13,374 nucleotides of DNA from Candidatus Promineifilaceae bacterium (GCA_050290485.1 JBNKHS010000073.1:1-13374), one strand, 5' to 3'; counted from the first letter of the stretch, positions 1-6,689 are shown. Translations and numbers: made by a program. The notes: a model not told the origin generated them from the sequence alone.

Positions 1-776
1 CTTCTATTTCTGCTGTTGAGCAAGAACCTTTGATTGAGGAGCATACAGAGCAAGATGCTGTTGGCCCAACACCAACTCCAAACATATTACCTAGTCCAAC
101 GATTGACCAATCAATTTTAATCATCACACCTATACCATTGCCTACAACAGTTCCAAACCAACCCGAATTACTAAGAGAATTAAGCGAAGATCGAGGAATT
201 AGATCTGTTGATTTTGTAATAGATACAACTATTTTGGAAGCAGGAAGAACACCATTTCAATTTCTGGGTGGTGAAAATTGGTATAAATATAGTTCACCAG
301 ATGGGAGCTTTTCACTTTTGATACCCGGAGGTGCGAATCCTGATGAAACCAGTGTCGTTTTGGACAAGTATGGGGTTGAACTAGAAGGACAGATGGTAAA
401 TGCTAATTCTACAGTGCAATTAGAGCAACATGGTCTCACTTATTTCGATCTGCCTACTTTAGCTTCTGGCGAGTTGAAAGTCACTGATTTTTTGGATGAT
501 TTTGCTGAGCTTAAATTTTTCGATGATGGGATTGCTGAAAAATTTGATTTAAAGATGGTTGAACAAACGGAAATTCAGTTAGATGGATTTCCTGGTTTGG
601 ATATTAGAGTGAAAGCAATTGATAAAGAACATTCTGAGTTTGAAATGGAACTACACATTCGTATTTATATTGTCGAAAATACAGTTTATCAATTAACTTC
701 TGTGGGATCTTGGGGTTTAATTGAGGATGATTCTCAATTTATGAATTCATTTACCCTAAACAGAAGTTTAAATTAA
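1..776 (+). CDS. Hypothetical protein, 5'-partial. The N-terminus lies outside the window. It has a Pro/Thr-rich low-complexity linker followed by a ~200-aa globular domain of unknown function.
   Basis: The reading frame (phase 3) is open from the first base of the window to TAA at 774-776. The ORF-track 'start' at 30 is a TTG with nothing special about it, so the gene very probably continues upstream. The PT-rich stretch 'GPTPTPNILPSPTIDQSILIITPIPLPTTVPNQP' looks like a linker or secreted-protein spacer. I recognise no known catalytic motif. Confidence 0.55.
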   Translation, partial: SISAVEQEPLIEEHTEQDAVGPTPTPNILPSPTIDQSILIITPIPLPTTVPNQPELLRELSEDRGIRSVDFVIDTTILEAGRTPFQFLGGENWYKYSSPDGSFSLLIPGGANPDETSVVLDKYGVELEGQMVNANSTVQLEQHGLTYFDLPTLASGELKVTDFLDDFAELKFFDDGIAEKFDLKMVEQTEIQLDGFPGLDIRVKAIDKEHSEFEMELHIRIYIVENTVYQLTSVGSWGLIEDDSQFMNSFTLNRSLN

Positions 777-817
777 GGAATGAAATAATCAACTTTGGAT
801 TATATCCACCAATTCCT

Positions 818-984
818 CCACATGACGACAGTAGAATTCATCATAAGGAAATGAGGTGCTGGTTTTAGCGCCTTTTTCGTTGATAGAGCTGATGCGTAAA
901 TGCCAATGGCAGACATTGCAATTGTCTCGTTTGGAGGAGTTGGACATGCTGGTTACCCCATGGCGATCATTTAAAAACGGCCGT
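818..984. repeat. Copy A of an imperfect direct repeat that brackets the GNAT gene. It ends in the palindrome ACGGCCGT (977-984).
   Basis: Region 818-960 aligns with 1591-1732 at ~85% identity with two 1-3-nt indels. Both copies are followed by AAAAACGGCCGT. Confidence 0.7.
977..984. repeat. ACGGCCGT iterated palindrome, copy 1. It is non-coding or in the remnant, and homologous to the copy at 1768.
   Basis: Exact octamer. Flank is aaaaACGGCCGTatac. Confidence 0.9.
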
Positions 985-1008
985 ATACAATAACAATATC
1001 TTCACACT

Positions 1009-1012
1009 GGAG
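1009..1012 (+). promoter_or_regulatory. Ribosome-binding site (GGAG) for the GNAT gene.
   Basis: GGAG lies 6 nt upstream of ATG 1019. Confidence 0.5.
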
Positions 1013-1018
1013 AATATA

Positions 1019-1540
1019 ATGATTGAAATTAAGGCAGCAACAACAGAGACAGATTTTGAAAATGCAGGCGAGTTTTATCGTGCTTTTGGTAATTGGCTTG
1101 AACAAACTTACCCTGAGATTATGTTTTTTATGGAACCGATGATTAAGGAACTGGACATTGAAAGTAAATCTTTGCAATCTGTTTATGCGTCACCTACCTG
1201 GAAGTTGCTGATCGCTACATTGAATGGCCAGCCAGCGGGAACTGTAGGATTGTCTGATTTAGGGAATCAGGTGTGTGAAATGCGGCGCATGTTTGTTGAT
1301 CCGAACTTTCGTGGGCATGATATTGGCCGTCAATTAGCGCAAGCCATTATTGCCGAGGCACGGGAAATGGGTTACGAGCGTATGAAATTGAGCACAGGCC
1401 CGCGCCATTACGCGGCATTGGGGCTTTATGAATCGCTTGGGTTTAAGGATGTATCGCCTAAAACAGATGGGGCTGAAATTCCAGAAAACATTCCTGCAGA
1501 TTTGGCGCGAGGGGTTGTCACGATGGAGTTGGACTTATAG
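1019..1540 (+). CDS. GNAT-family N-acetyltransferase (173 aa).
   Basis: It has the acetyl-CoA-binding motif of the GNAT fold: 'VCEMRRMFVDPNFRGHDIGRQLAQAIIAEAREMGYERMKLST', i.e. R/Q-x-x-G-x-G/A after beta-4. The ATG has an upstream GGAG. The stop TAG is at 1538-1540 and is convergent with, and overlaps by 6 nt, the gene on the other strand. Confidence 0.9.
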   Translation: MIEIKAATTETDFENAGEFYRAFGNWLEQTYPEIMFFMEPMIKELDIESKSLQSVYASPTWKLLIATLNGQPAGTVGLSDLGNQVCEMRRMFVDPNFRGHDIGRQLAQAIIAEAREMGYERMKLSTGPRHYAALGLYESLGFKDVSPKTDGAEIPENIPADLARGVVTMELDL

Positions 1541-2242
1541 GCCTTGAAGCTCATTTGATAACCATTGGTCCATTCTTTCTGTTAACTGATCCACATGGCG
1601 ACATTGAAATTCATCATAAGGAAATGAGGTGCTGGTTTCAGCACCTTTTTCGTTGATATAGCTGATGCGCAGATGCCAGTGGCCGATGTTGCGATTGTCT
1701 CGTTTGAGAAAACTTGAGGTGCTAATTACGGCCGTTTTATGCCAAAACATCTCACGCTTACTCAAAAACGGCCGTGTTGGTAACCGTATCGCCAATCCTT
1801 CATTTGTAAGTAACATCCCATAATGGCAAATGCCTCGTGCCTGTGCCGCCTGTTCTTGTCGTTGTCCGATAAGCAAAACAATGCGGGCAATTGACTCATA
1901 CAGTAAATAAGCAATACCAATATACCAACCGCAGATAAGGGCAATTAAAAGTAATGAAGATGGCCAATTGTCACGGATAATTGTGAGGTTTGGCCAAATG
2001 GGTTGGGTGATTGCTTCATAAATCATCAGGAAGACAATGCTTAGCAAGACGACACTCCAAAAGATGCGTGACCACAATTGATACATTACATTGCTTGCAA
2101 TCAACTGCTCGTCGTGTAAGAAGATTCCATCTATGAATTGTTGGCGAGTGGATGCTGGTAAAGGTTCCATCTGCAAATTATGCCATCCCCTGCTAACATT
2201 GACGAAGTGAATCAGGAGACCGATAATAACGGCCGTCTTCAA
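1535..2242 (-). CDS. Membrane protein with two N-terminal TM helices and a ~110-aa soluble C-terminal domain. It may be a bacterial PH-like (YdbS/YdbT-type) membrane protein. The start is uncertain.
   Basis: Hydrophobic segments are 'IFWSVVLLSIVFLMIYEAI' and 'SSLLLIALICGWYIGIAYLLY', followed by a hydrophilic C-terminus. The ORF-track start at 2242 is a TTG without an SD. An internal ATG (complement of 2168-2170, 'MEPLPAST...') follows an AGGGGA ~15 nt upstream and would give 1535..2170. Its C-terminal ~66 codons are duplicated at 789-1001. Confidence 0.65.
   Translation of the reverse strand: MKTAVIIGLLIHFVNVSRGWHNLQMEPLPASTRQQFIDGIFLHDEQLIASNVMYQLWSRIFWSVVLLSIVFLMIYEAITQPIWPNLTIIRDNWPSSLLLIALICGWYIGIAYLLYESIARIVLLIGQRQEQAAQARGICHYGMLLTNEGLAIRLPTRPFLSKREMFWHKTAVISTSSFLKRDNRNIGHWHLRISYINEKGAETSTSFPYDEFQCRHVDQLTERMDQWLSNELQGL
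1728..1735. repeat. ACGGCCGT iterated palindrome, copy 2.
   Basis: Exact octamer, aattACGGCCGTttta. It lies in the membrane-protein CDS and is read as K-T-A-V-I. Confidence 0.9.
1768..1775. repeat. ACGGCCGT iterated palindrome, copy 3.
   Basis: Exact octamer, aaaaACGGCCGTgttg. It lies in the membrane-protein CDS but in a different frame (T-R-P-F-L). It is the only coding copy not read as Thr-Ala-Val. Confidence 0.9.
2229..2236. repeat. ACGGCCGT iterated palindrome, copy 4.
   Basis: Exact octamer, aataACGGCCGTcttc. It lies in the 5' region of the 1535..2242 ORF and is read K-T-A-V-I if the TTG start is real. Confidence 0.9.
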
Positions 2243-2267
2243 ATAATAATAGGACGCAGATCATACG

Positions 2268-2315
2268 GATGAACCTGATTTACCTGATCTTTTTTATCTT
2301 GAAATCAGGTTCATC
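2268..2315. promoter_or_regulatory. Perfect 14-bp inverted repeat with a 20-nt spacer in the divergent intergenic region. It is a candidate operator or stem-loop.
   Basis: GATGAACCTGATTT (2268-2281) is the exact reverse complement of AAATCAGGTTCATC (2302-2315). CCTGAT is also directly repeated inside. The element lies between the divergent starts of the membrane gene and the dehydrogenase gene, so it is not a terminator. A possible -35 TTGAAA (2299-2304) overlaps the right arm. Confidence 0.4.
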
Positions 2316-2391
2316 AGGAATATCTGCGAGCGACCGCAGGAAGCAATCAGCGTTCTATTTTAAATACATGTTCCCAAACGGAGAGAATAAC

Positions 2392-3285
2392 ATGAGCGAA
2401 GTAATTGGATTTGTTGGTTTAGGTATTATGGGGCGTGGGATGGTGCGCAACTTGCTAAAGGCGGGTTTTGAAGTGCGTATATGGAATCGTACTGTCAGCC
2501 GTATGGATCCACTCGTTGAGGCTGGCGCATACCCAGCGACAAGTCCTGCCGATGTTGCCGCGCACAGCAGCATCATCTTTATCTGTGTCAGCGATACACA
2601 TGATGTGGAAGAAGTTATCTTGCGTGAAAATGGGATCATCTTCGGAGCAGAAGCAGGTGACTTGGTAGTCGATTGCAGTACCATCAGCCCTCAAGTGACA
2701 CAGCGTATTTCTGATATTTTGGCGCAAAAAGAGGTCAAAATGCTCGATGCTCCCATTAGTGGTGGCAGCGAAGGCGCCGCCAACGGCACCTTAAGCATTA
2801 TGGTTGGTGGCGATGCCGATCAATTTGAACGCGCTTTACCGGCATTTCAGGCTATGGGCAAGACGATTACCCATGTTGGGGGCACAGGTGCGGGGCAAAC
2901 TGTCAAGTTAGTCAATCAAATATTGGTTGTGATCAATATGTTGGCGGTTAGTGAAGCACTGCTCTTTGCCGAAGCGGGTAATCTCGATTTGCAAAAGACG
3001 CTGGAAGCGGTTTCTGGGGGCGCGGCAGGTAGCTGGATGCTGTCTAATCGGGGACCGCAAGTCGTGGAACGAGATTGGCGACCTGGGTTTACGATTGATT
3101 TGCAGCAAAAAGATTTGCGTCTTGTGCTGGATGCAGCGAATGCGATGGGTGTGCCAATGGTAGGCACAAGTTTGGTTTTCAATTTGTACCGTGCATTGCA
3201 ACAACAAGGTTTAGGTGCTGAAGGGAATCATGCATTGGCAAAAGCTTTAGAGAATTTAGCTGGTTTTCAAATAGCAGCTGATTAG
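2392..3285 (+). CDS. NAD(P)-dependent oxidoreductase of the 3-hydroxyisobutyrate dehydrogenase / 2-hydroxy-3-oxopropionate (tartronate semialdehyde) reductase family (297 aa).
   Basis: The N-terminal Rossmann motif is 'IGFVGLGIMGRGMVRNL'. The family-typical motifs 'DAPISGG' and 'GAGQTVKLVNQ' (catalytic Lys region) are present. The ATG at 2392 is preceded by GGAGAG, 7 nt upstream. The ORF-track start at 2269 adds 41 unlikely residues across the palindromic intergenic region. The stop TAG is at 3283-3285. Confidence 0.9.
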   Translation: MSEVIGFVGLGIMGRGMVRNLLKAGFEVRIWNRTVSRMDPLVEAGAYPATSPADVAAHSSIIFICVSDTHDVEEVILRENGIIFGAEAGDLVVDCSTISPQVTQRISDILAQKEVKMLDAPISGGSEGAANGTLSIMVGGDADQFERALPAFQAMGKTITHVGGTGAGQTVKLVNQILVVINMLAVSEALLFAEAGNLDLQKTLEAVSGGAAGSWMLSNRGPQVVERDWRPGFTIDLQQKDLRLVLDAANAMGVPMVGTSLVFNLYRALQQQGLGAEGNHALAKALENLAGFQIAAD

Positions 3286-3339
3286 GTATTCGCTATCTAT
3301 CGAGTAGAAGCTTAATATTTATACACAAGGAAAAGGAGC

Positions 3340-4095
3340 ATGTTTGATTTAAGTGGACAGGTTGCCCTTGTTACTGGCGGCTCGAAGGGGTTGGGCTTGG
3401 AGATGGCAACGGCGCTTGCGGAAGCAGGGGCGGATGTTGTTTTGGGGGCGCGGACAAAAGCAGAAGTAGAAACGGCCGCTTCTGAGCTTGCCGCCAAAAC
3501 AGGACGAAAAGTTGCTGGTTGGGTGATCGATGTGACGCGAAAACGGTCTGTGGAGCAGTTTGTACACCAGACGATGCAGATGTTTGGGCGCATTGATATA
3601 TTGGTGAATAATGCGGGTGTTAACATTCGCGAACCTATTACGGAAATAAGTGATGAGCATTGGCGACAAGTGCAGGGTGTGAATGTAGATGGTGTTTTTT
3701 ATATGTGCCGTGCGGTTGTGCCTCATATGCAAGCGGCGGGATATGGCCGTATCATTAATGTTGGCTCGGCGTTGAGTCATGTCGGGTTGGCAGAGCGGGT
3801 TAGCTACTGCACCTCCAAAGGGGCGGTTTTGCAACTAACGCGCACTTTGGCGCTTGAGTTGGCACAAACAGGCATTACGGTGAACTCAATTAGTCCCGGT
3901 CCGTTCAAAACAGAAATGAACACCCCGTTGATTGGCACAGAAGCGGGTGATGCTTTAATCAAGCAAGTTGTCCCCATGAATCGTTGGGGTGAACTTCATG
4001 AAATTCGCCCGGCAATTCTCTTTTTGGCTAGCCCTGCGGCTGGGTTTGTGACGGGAACGGCCGTTAATGTCGATGGTGGCTGGACCGCCGCGTAG
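3340..4095 (+). CDS. Short-chain dehydrogenase/reductase (SDR), gluconate 5-dehydrogenase / 2-deoxy-D-gluconate 3-dehydrogenase-like (251 aa).
   Basis: It has TGGSKGLGLEMA (TGxxxGxG), NNAG, the catalytic S...YCTSK (YxxxK) and PGPFKTEM. By recall, the overall sequence is close to Ga5DH/IdnO-type SDRs ('SPGxFKTEM', 'RWGxxxEI..A..FLAS'). An AAGGAAAAGGAG RBS lies upstream of ATG 3340. It lies 55 bp after the preceding dehydrogenase gene, so the two are probably an operon. Confidence 0.9.
   Translation: MFDLSGQVALVTGGSKGLGLEMATALAEAGADVVLGARTKAEVETAASELAAKTGRKVAGWVIDVTRKRSVEQFVHQTMQMFGRIDILVNNAGVNIREPITEISDEHWRQVQGVNVDGVFYMCRAVVPHMQAAGYGRIINVGSALSHVGLAERVSYCTSKGAVLQLTRTLALELAQTGITVNSISPGPFKTEMNTPLIGTEAGDALIKQVVPMNRWGELHEIRPAILFLASPAAGFVTGTAVNVDGGWTAA
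4057..4064. repeat. ACGGCCGT iterated palindrome, copy 5 (full 10-mer AACGGCCGTT).
   Basis: gggAACGGCCGTTaat, inside the SDR CDS. It is read G-T-A-V-N. Confidence 0.9.
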
Positions 4096-4113
4096 CAGTG
4101 TTCAGAAGCCTGT

Positions 4114-4148
4114 AATCAGTTTTCAGTTACTTTCACTGAAAACTGATT
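4114..4148. terminator. Hairpin between convergent genes. It is a candidate bidirectional terminator.
   Basis: AATCAGTTTTCAGT (4114-4127) is the exact reverse complement of ACTGAAAACTGATT (4135-4148), with a 7-nt loop. A third copy of ACTGAAAACTG follows at 4149-4159. The hairpin lies 19 bp after the SDR stop and 20 bp before the SPFH-gene stop. The stem is AT-rich and no clean U-run follows, so intrinsic-terminator strength is doubtful. Confidence 0.35.
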
Positions 4149-4167
4149 ACTGAAAACTGGCTCCGAA

Positions 4168-5529
4168 TTACGGCGTTGCTGTTGGAGAAACGGCCGTTGC
4201 CGTTGGCTCAACTGTTGGTGTTGGTTCAATGACGGCCGTCGGCTGTGGTGTGGCTTCAATGGTTGCCACAGGCGCATTATCTACATCCGAATTCATCAGA
4301 AACGCAAAAGGAAGACTCCCCTCTCCCCCAGAGATGACAAGTGTGTTGGGCACGAGCCCTTGTGATCGTTGCGCTAATTCATAATCGGTCAATGCTGGAT
4401 ATTGCGACAGTTGTTCGCCGCTTGCTCTAAGATTTTCAGCGGCGGCGTTCCCTGCTACGACGGTTGCTGTTGCTGCTGCCTGTGCTTGGTCAACCAACGT
4501 CATGTTTTCAATGCTTTGCGCCGTCGCATATGCTTCTGCCTGCACTTTGCGTTGTTGCGAAGCAAAGTTGTCATTAATCACCGCTTGCACATTTTTGTCG
4601 GAATAAATAAGCCCCTCTGATCCCCCCAGAGATGTAATTGTAATGCCCAATGGTTCAAACTGTGCTTTGGTCCGTGCGTATACGTTTTCAAAGATTTCTC
4701 GTTTATCGGCACGCCCTTCTTCTAAGGTACGTGAGCCAAATTCGTTAAACAGTTCCGCTTGTACAAAGCCACGAATATTTTCATCGATGACCTCTGGCAA
4801 GCTTTTTCCGCTAAAGTAGTAGAGGAATTTGGCCGCGTTTTGCTCTTCGACAAGGGCACTACAGGTCGCACCAACAGCAAAATCAATTGATTCTCTTGAT
4901 TCGACGCGAAAGGCTTGGTTTGATATCGATGTGCCTGTGTCATTGGCAGATGTCCATTCGCGGGTGACTGGCGTACGATCAACAATGATCACGGCGACAG
5001 AAGGAATGAACTCAATTTGCCAAGGCATACGCCCAATGCGATGTTCACGCATCGAAATTTCTACTTGTTTGGAAGCGACTTGTTTTCCTTCTAAAAATTC
5101 AATTGATTGAAATTGCAGTTGCGTCGTTGCGTCCCCAACTAACGGGACGACAAACGCGGTTTCATTTGGTTTGATTTCGATGATTTGTGTTGCACCGTAC
5201 GGTTTGCAAGCGGTCAACAAAATTACCGAGAATCCACCTATAAAGAGTAAATATTTGCTTGTTTTTAAGGTTTGTCTCTCCTGTACTTTTTTCCATAGCA
5301 CGGGGAGCCAAATTAAAGCAAGAATGATGAGAGAAACGGCCGTAACAATAATCGTCACGACATCGTAGCGAACAAAAAATTGAGAGCCAGCAGCCACAGA
5401 ATTGCTGTTTAGTAGCTGAGATGGGGCAGCTTGCGCTTGCGCAACTGCACGTAAATTATCACTATAAATCCAATGAAAAAGGCCATAGCCAATTACAATT
5501 AGAATCGTTAACGAAGCACGAATAAACAT
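4168..5529 (-). CDS. SPFH-domain (band 7 / stomatin-prohibitin-flotillin-HflKC superfamily) membrane protein with a C-terminal Pro/Thr-rich repetitive tail (453 aa).
   Basis: It has N-terminal hydrophobic helices (MFIRASLTILIVIGYGLFHWIY, VVTIIVTAVSLIILALIWLPVLW, YLLFIGGFSVILLTA). The SPFH-like core is '...IRGFVQAELFNEFGSRTLEEGRADKREIFENVYARTKAQFEPLGITITSLGGSEGLIYSDKNVQAVI' followed by an Ala/Gln-rich helical region. The tail is 'IEATPQPTAVIEPTPTVEPTATAVSPTATP'. I chose the ATG at the complement of 5527-5529 because it has a strong GGGAGG SD 7 nt upstream. The ORF-track start at 5592 has no SD. Confidence 0.8.
   Translation of the reverse strand: MFIRASLTILIVIGYGLFHWIYSDNLRAVAQAQAAPSQLLNSNSVAAGSQFFVRYDVVTIIVTAVSLIILALIWLPVLWKKVQERQTLKTSKYLLFIGGFSVILLTACKPYGATQIIEIKPNETAFVVPLVGDATTQLQFQSIEFLEGKQVASKQVEISMREHRIGRMPWQIEFIPSVAVIIVDRTPVTREWTSANDTGTSISNQAFRVESRESIDFAVGATCSALVEEQNAAKFLYYFSGKSLPEVIDENIRGFVQAELFNEFGSRTLEEGRADKREIFENVYARTKAQFEPLGITITSLGGSEGLIYSDKNVQAVINDNFASQQRKVQAEAYATAQSIENMTLVDQAQAAATATVVAGNAAAENLRASGEQLSQYPALTDYELAQRSQGLVPNTLVISGGEGSLPFAFLMNSDVDNAPVATIEATPQPTAVIEPTPTVEPTATAVSPTATP
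4190..4197. repeat. ACGGCCGT iterated palindrome, copy 6 (AACGGCCGTT).
   Basis: agaAACGGCCGTTgcc. It lies in the PT-rich tail coding region of the SPFH gene and is read A-T-A-V-S on the coding strand. Confidence 0.9.
4232..4239. repeat. ACGGCCGT iterated palindrome, copy 7.
   Basis: aatgACGGCCGTcggc. It lies 42 bp from copy 6 in the tandemly repetitive tail and is read P-T-A-V-I. Confidence 0.9.
5337..5344. repeat. ACGGCCGT iterated palindrome, copy 8.
   Basis: agaaACGGCCGTaaca. It lies in the SPFH gene TM region and is read T-A-V-S. Confidence 0.9.
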
Positions 5530-6071
5530 CGTAAAACCTCCCGTTTTGTATACAAAAAACGCGAAACAAAGCCGCATTGCAGTCAATTGCATTGCAACTT
5601 AAGTCAACCTGTTCAAAGATACATTTGGCCAATACAAGCAAACCAAAAAGAACCTGTTGAAGAAGGTTGAGAATTTAATATTTAACTAAAAACAAGGAAA
5701 AAGGTTTTACGCGATAGGGGGAGACGTATTTTTAAGCATGTCCAAATCCAGCCTTTCCACCGGGGCGTTTTCTACTCAGTGAGACATCGGTCGTAGCCCC
5801 TGCGCCGACCCATGCAGTTCATGAAATTTGTTGATTTTTAGGCTCTTTTACGAGATGTTCGAATCAACCGAAATTATCTTACTCCTAGAGAAATTTCTTG
5901 TCAATATGAATTCGCTGGTTGCAGACCTTGATCAAAGTACAAAAATCTTAACGCAAAGAACGCGAAGGATGGAAGATGCAAAGCTTTTTCCTTTGGCTTT
6001 TTTTGTCTCTTTGCCACTTTGCGTTGAAAATCGATTTTGTAAAAGTGTGCACGGGTTTGGCTACAACCCCA

Positions 6072-6656
6072 TTATTGCTTGATGTTTTCTTGATAATAAG
6101 CAATCTCTGCCTTGGCTTCACGTCGAATAAGCGCGTGGATGCCGCCCAGCAGCGCGTACAAGATAGCAAGGATAATGAGCAAGAATTTGATTGCGGCACA
6201 CCAATAAGCAACTGTGGCCCACAGGTCGTTGTTTGAACCGAGTAAGAGTTGAATTAAGGAGACATTTTCGATGTAGTCAAATACGGCTGCCACCCAGACG
6301 CCCCAAGCCAGCCCTGTGCCCAAGTTGTTCATCCAACCCACAAAGCGCCCGGAAGCGACAACAACAGCTAGTGAGATGGCTAATGCATAAATAATGGGAT
6401 ATAAAAAGTCGAGCCCCATGCTCAAACCAGCATGAATTTTTGCTTGTGTATCCCATGAATCGATCATCGCCTGTGCATTTACGGCCGTTCCTGCAAATTC
6501 AAAAGAGATGATGCCCGATGGAGCGGCTGCAGTTGTCAATGGCGCACCGACTCGCGTCATGATCATCGACATCAACAAGGCTAAGGCGATAAAAACCCAC
6601 ATCCAGCGTTTCCGTATTTTGGGTTCCATTTTGGCAAAAGGTGGTGTAAGGTTCAT
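6072..6656 (-). CDS. Hypothetical integral membrane protein, ~4 TM helices (194 aa).
   Basis: An AGGAG SD lies 6 nt upstream of the ATG (complement of 6654-6656). Hydrophobic helices are WMWVFIALALLMSMIM, FLYPIIYALAISLAVVVA, LAWGVWVAAVF and AIKFLLIILAILYALLGGI. The stop TAA is the complement of 6072-6074. I do not recognise a family. Confidence 0.75.
   Translation of the reverse strand: MNLTPPFAKMEPKIRKRWMWVFIALALLMSMIMTRVGAPLTTAAAPSGIISFEFAGTAVNAQAMIDSWDTQAKIHAGLSMGLDFLYPIIYALAISLAVVVASGRFVGWMNNLGTGLAWGVWVAAVFDYIENVSLIQLLLGSNNDLWATVAYWCAAIKFLLIILAILYALLGGIHALIRREAKAEIAYYQENIKQ
6481..6488. repeat. ACGGCCGT iterated palindrome, copy 9.
   Basis: atttACGGCCGTtcct. It lies in the membrane-protein CDS and is read G-T-A-V-N. 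Confidence 0.9.
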
Positions 6657-6689
6657 AAACTACTCCTGTGTAAATAAACGTATTGTAGG

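Larger units (their letters stand above)
789..1001 (-). pseudogene. In-frame C-terminal fragment (~66 codons) of a paralog of the membrane-protein gene at 1535..2242. It is probably a gene remnant.
   Basis: Reverse-strand translation gives ...IRPFLNDRHGVTSMSNSSKRDNCNVCHWHLRISSINEKGAKTSTSFPYDEFYCRHVEELVDIIQS*. This aligns with the C-terminus of the 1535..2242 product (TRPFLSKREMFWHKTAVISTSSFLKRDNRNIGHWHLRISYINEKGAETSTSFPYDEFQCRHVDQLTERMDQ...). Nucleotide identity is ~85% over ~135 bp. Several differences are synonymous and the indels are multiples of 3. There is an in-frame TGA just upstream (complement of 1002-1004) and no plausible N-terminal part. The stop is the complement of 789-791. Confidence 0.45.
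1591..1775. repeat. Copy B of the direct repeat that brackets the GNAT gene. It is the 3' coding end of the 1535..2242 gene and contains two ACGGCCGT copies (1728, 1768).
   Basis: See copy A. B carries ~40 extra bp between its two palindrome copies relative to A. Confidence 0.7.

Noticed and set aside
971-1177. 68-aa minus-strand ORF overlapping the start of the GNAT gene.
   Set aside because: It has low-complexity Cys/Leu-rich sequence, overlaps a well-supported gene on the opposite strand, and is in a different frame from the conserved paralog remnant.
777-1800. Insertion sequence or transposon carrying the GNAT gene, suggested by the flanking direct repeats.
   Set aside because: There are no terminal inverted repeats and no transposase or integrase. 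The repeats are coding sequence of a paralog, so the structure is a gene-duplication remnant rather than target-site duplications.
2269-2391. 5' extension of the dehydrogenase ORF proposed by the ORF track (start 2269, adding 'MNLIYLIFFILKSGSS...').
   Set aside because: The extension reads through the perfect inverted repeat and has no SD. The internal ATG at 2392 has a GGAGAG SD and begins exactly at the conserved Rossmann N-terminus.
2355-3834. Antisense ORFs inside the two dehydrogenase genes (2355..2684 -, 2455..2727 -, 2908..3207 -, 2916..3182 -, 3312..3626 -, 3349..3834 -).
   Set aside because: They are shadow ORFs opposite confidently identified genes. Their products are Arg/Ser/Cys-rich low-complexity sequence typical of antisense frames.
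5530-5592. ORF-track start of the SPFH gene at 5592 (MQLTAMRLCFAFFVYKTGGFT...).
   Set aside because: There is no SD. The downstream ATG at the complement of 5527-5529 has a strong GGGAGG SD at optimal spacing and starts directly at the first TM helix.
5855-6082. 75-codon + strand ORF in the 480-bp gap.
   Set aside because: It has no SD and no recognisable family. It contains a terminator-like hairpin plus T-run and overlaps the 3' end of the adjacent gene. I kept it only as a note in a finding.
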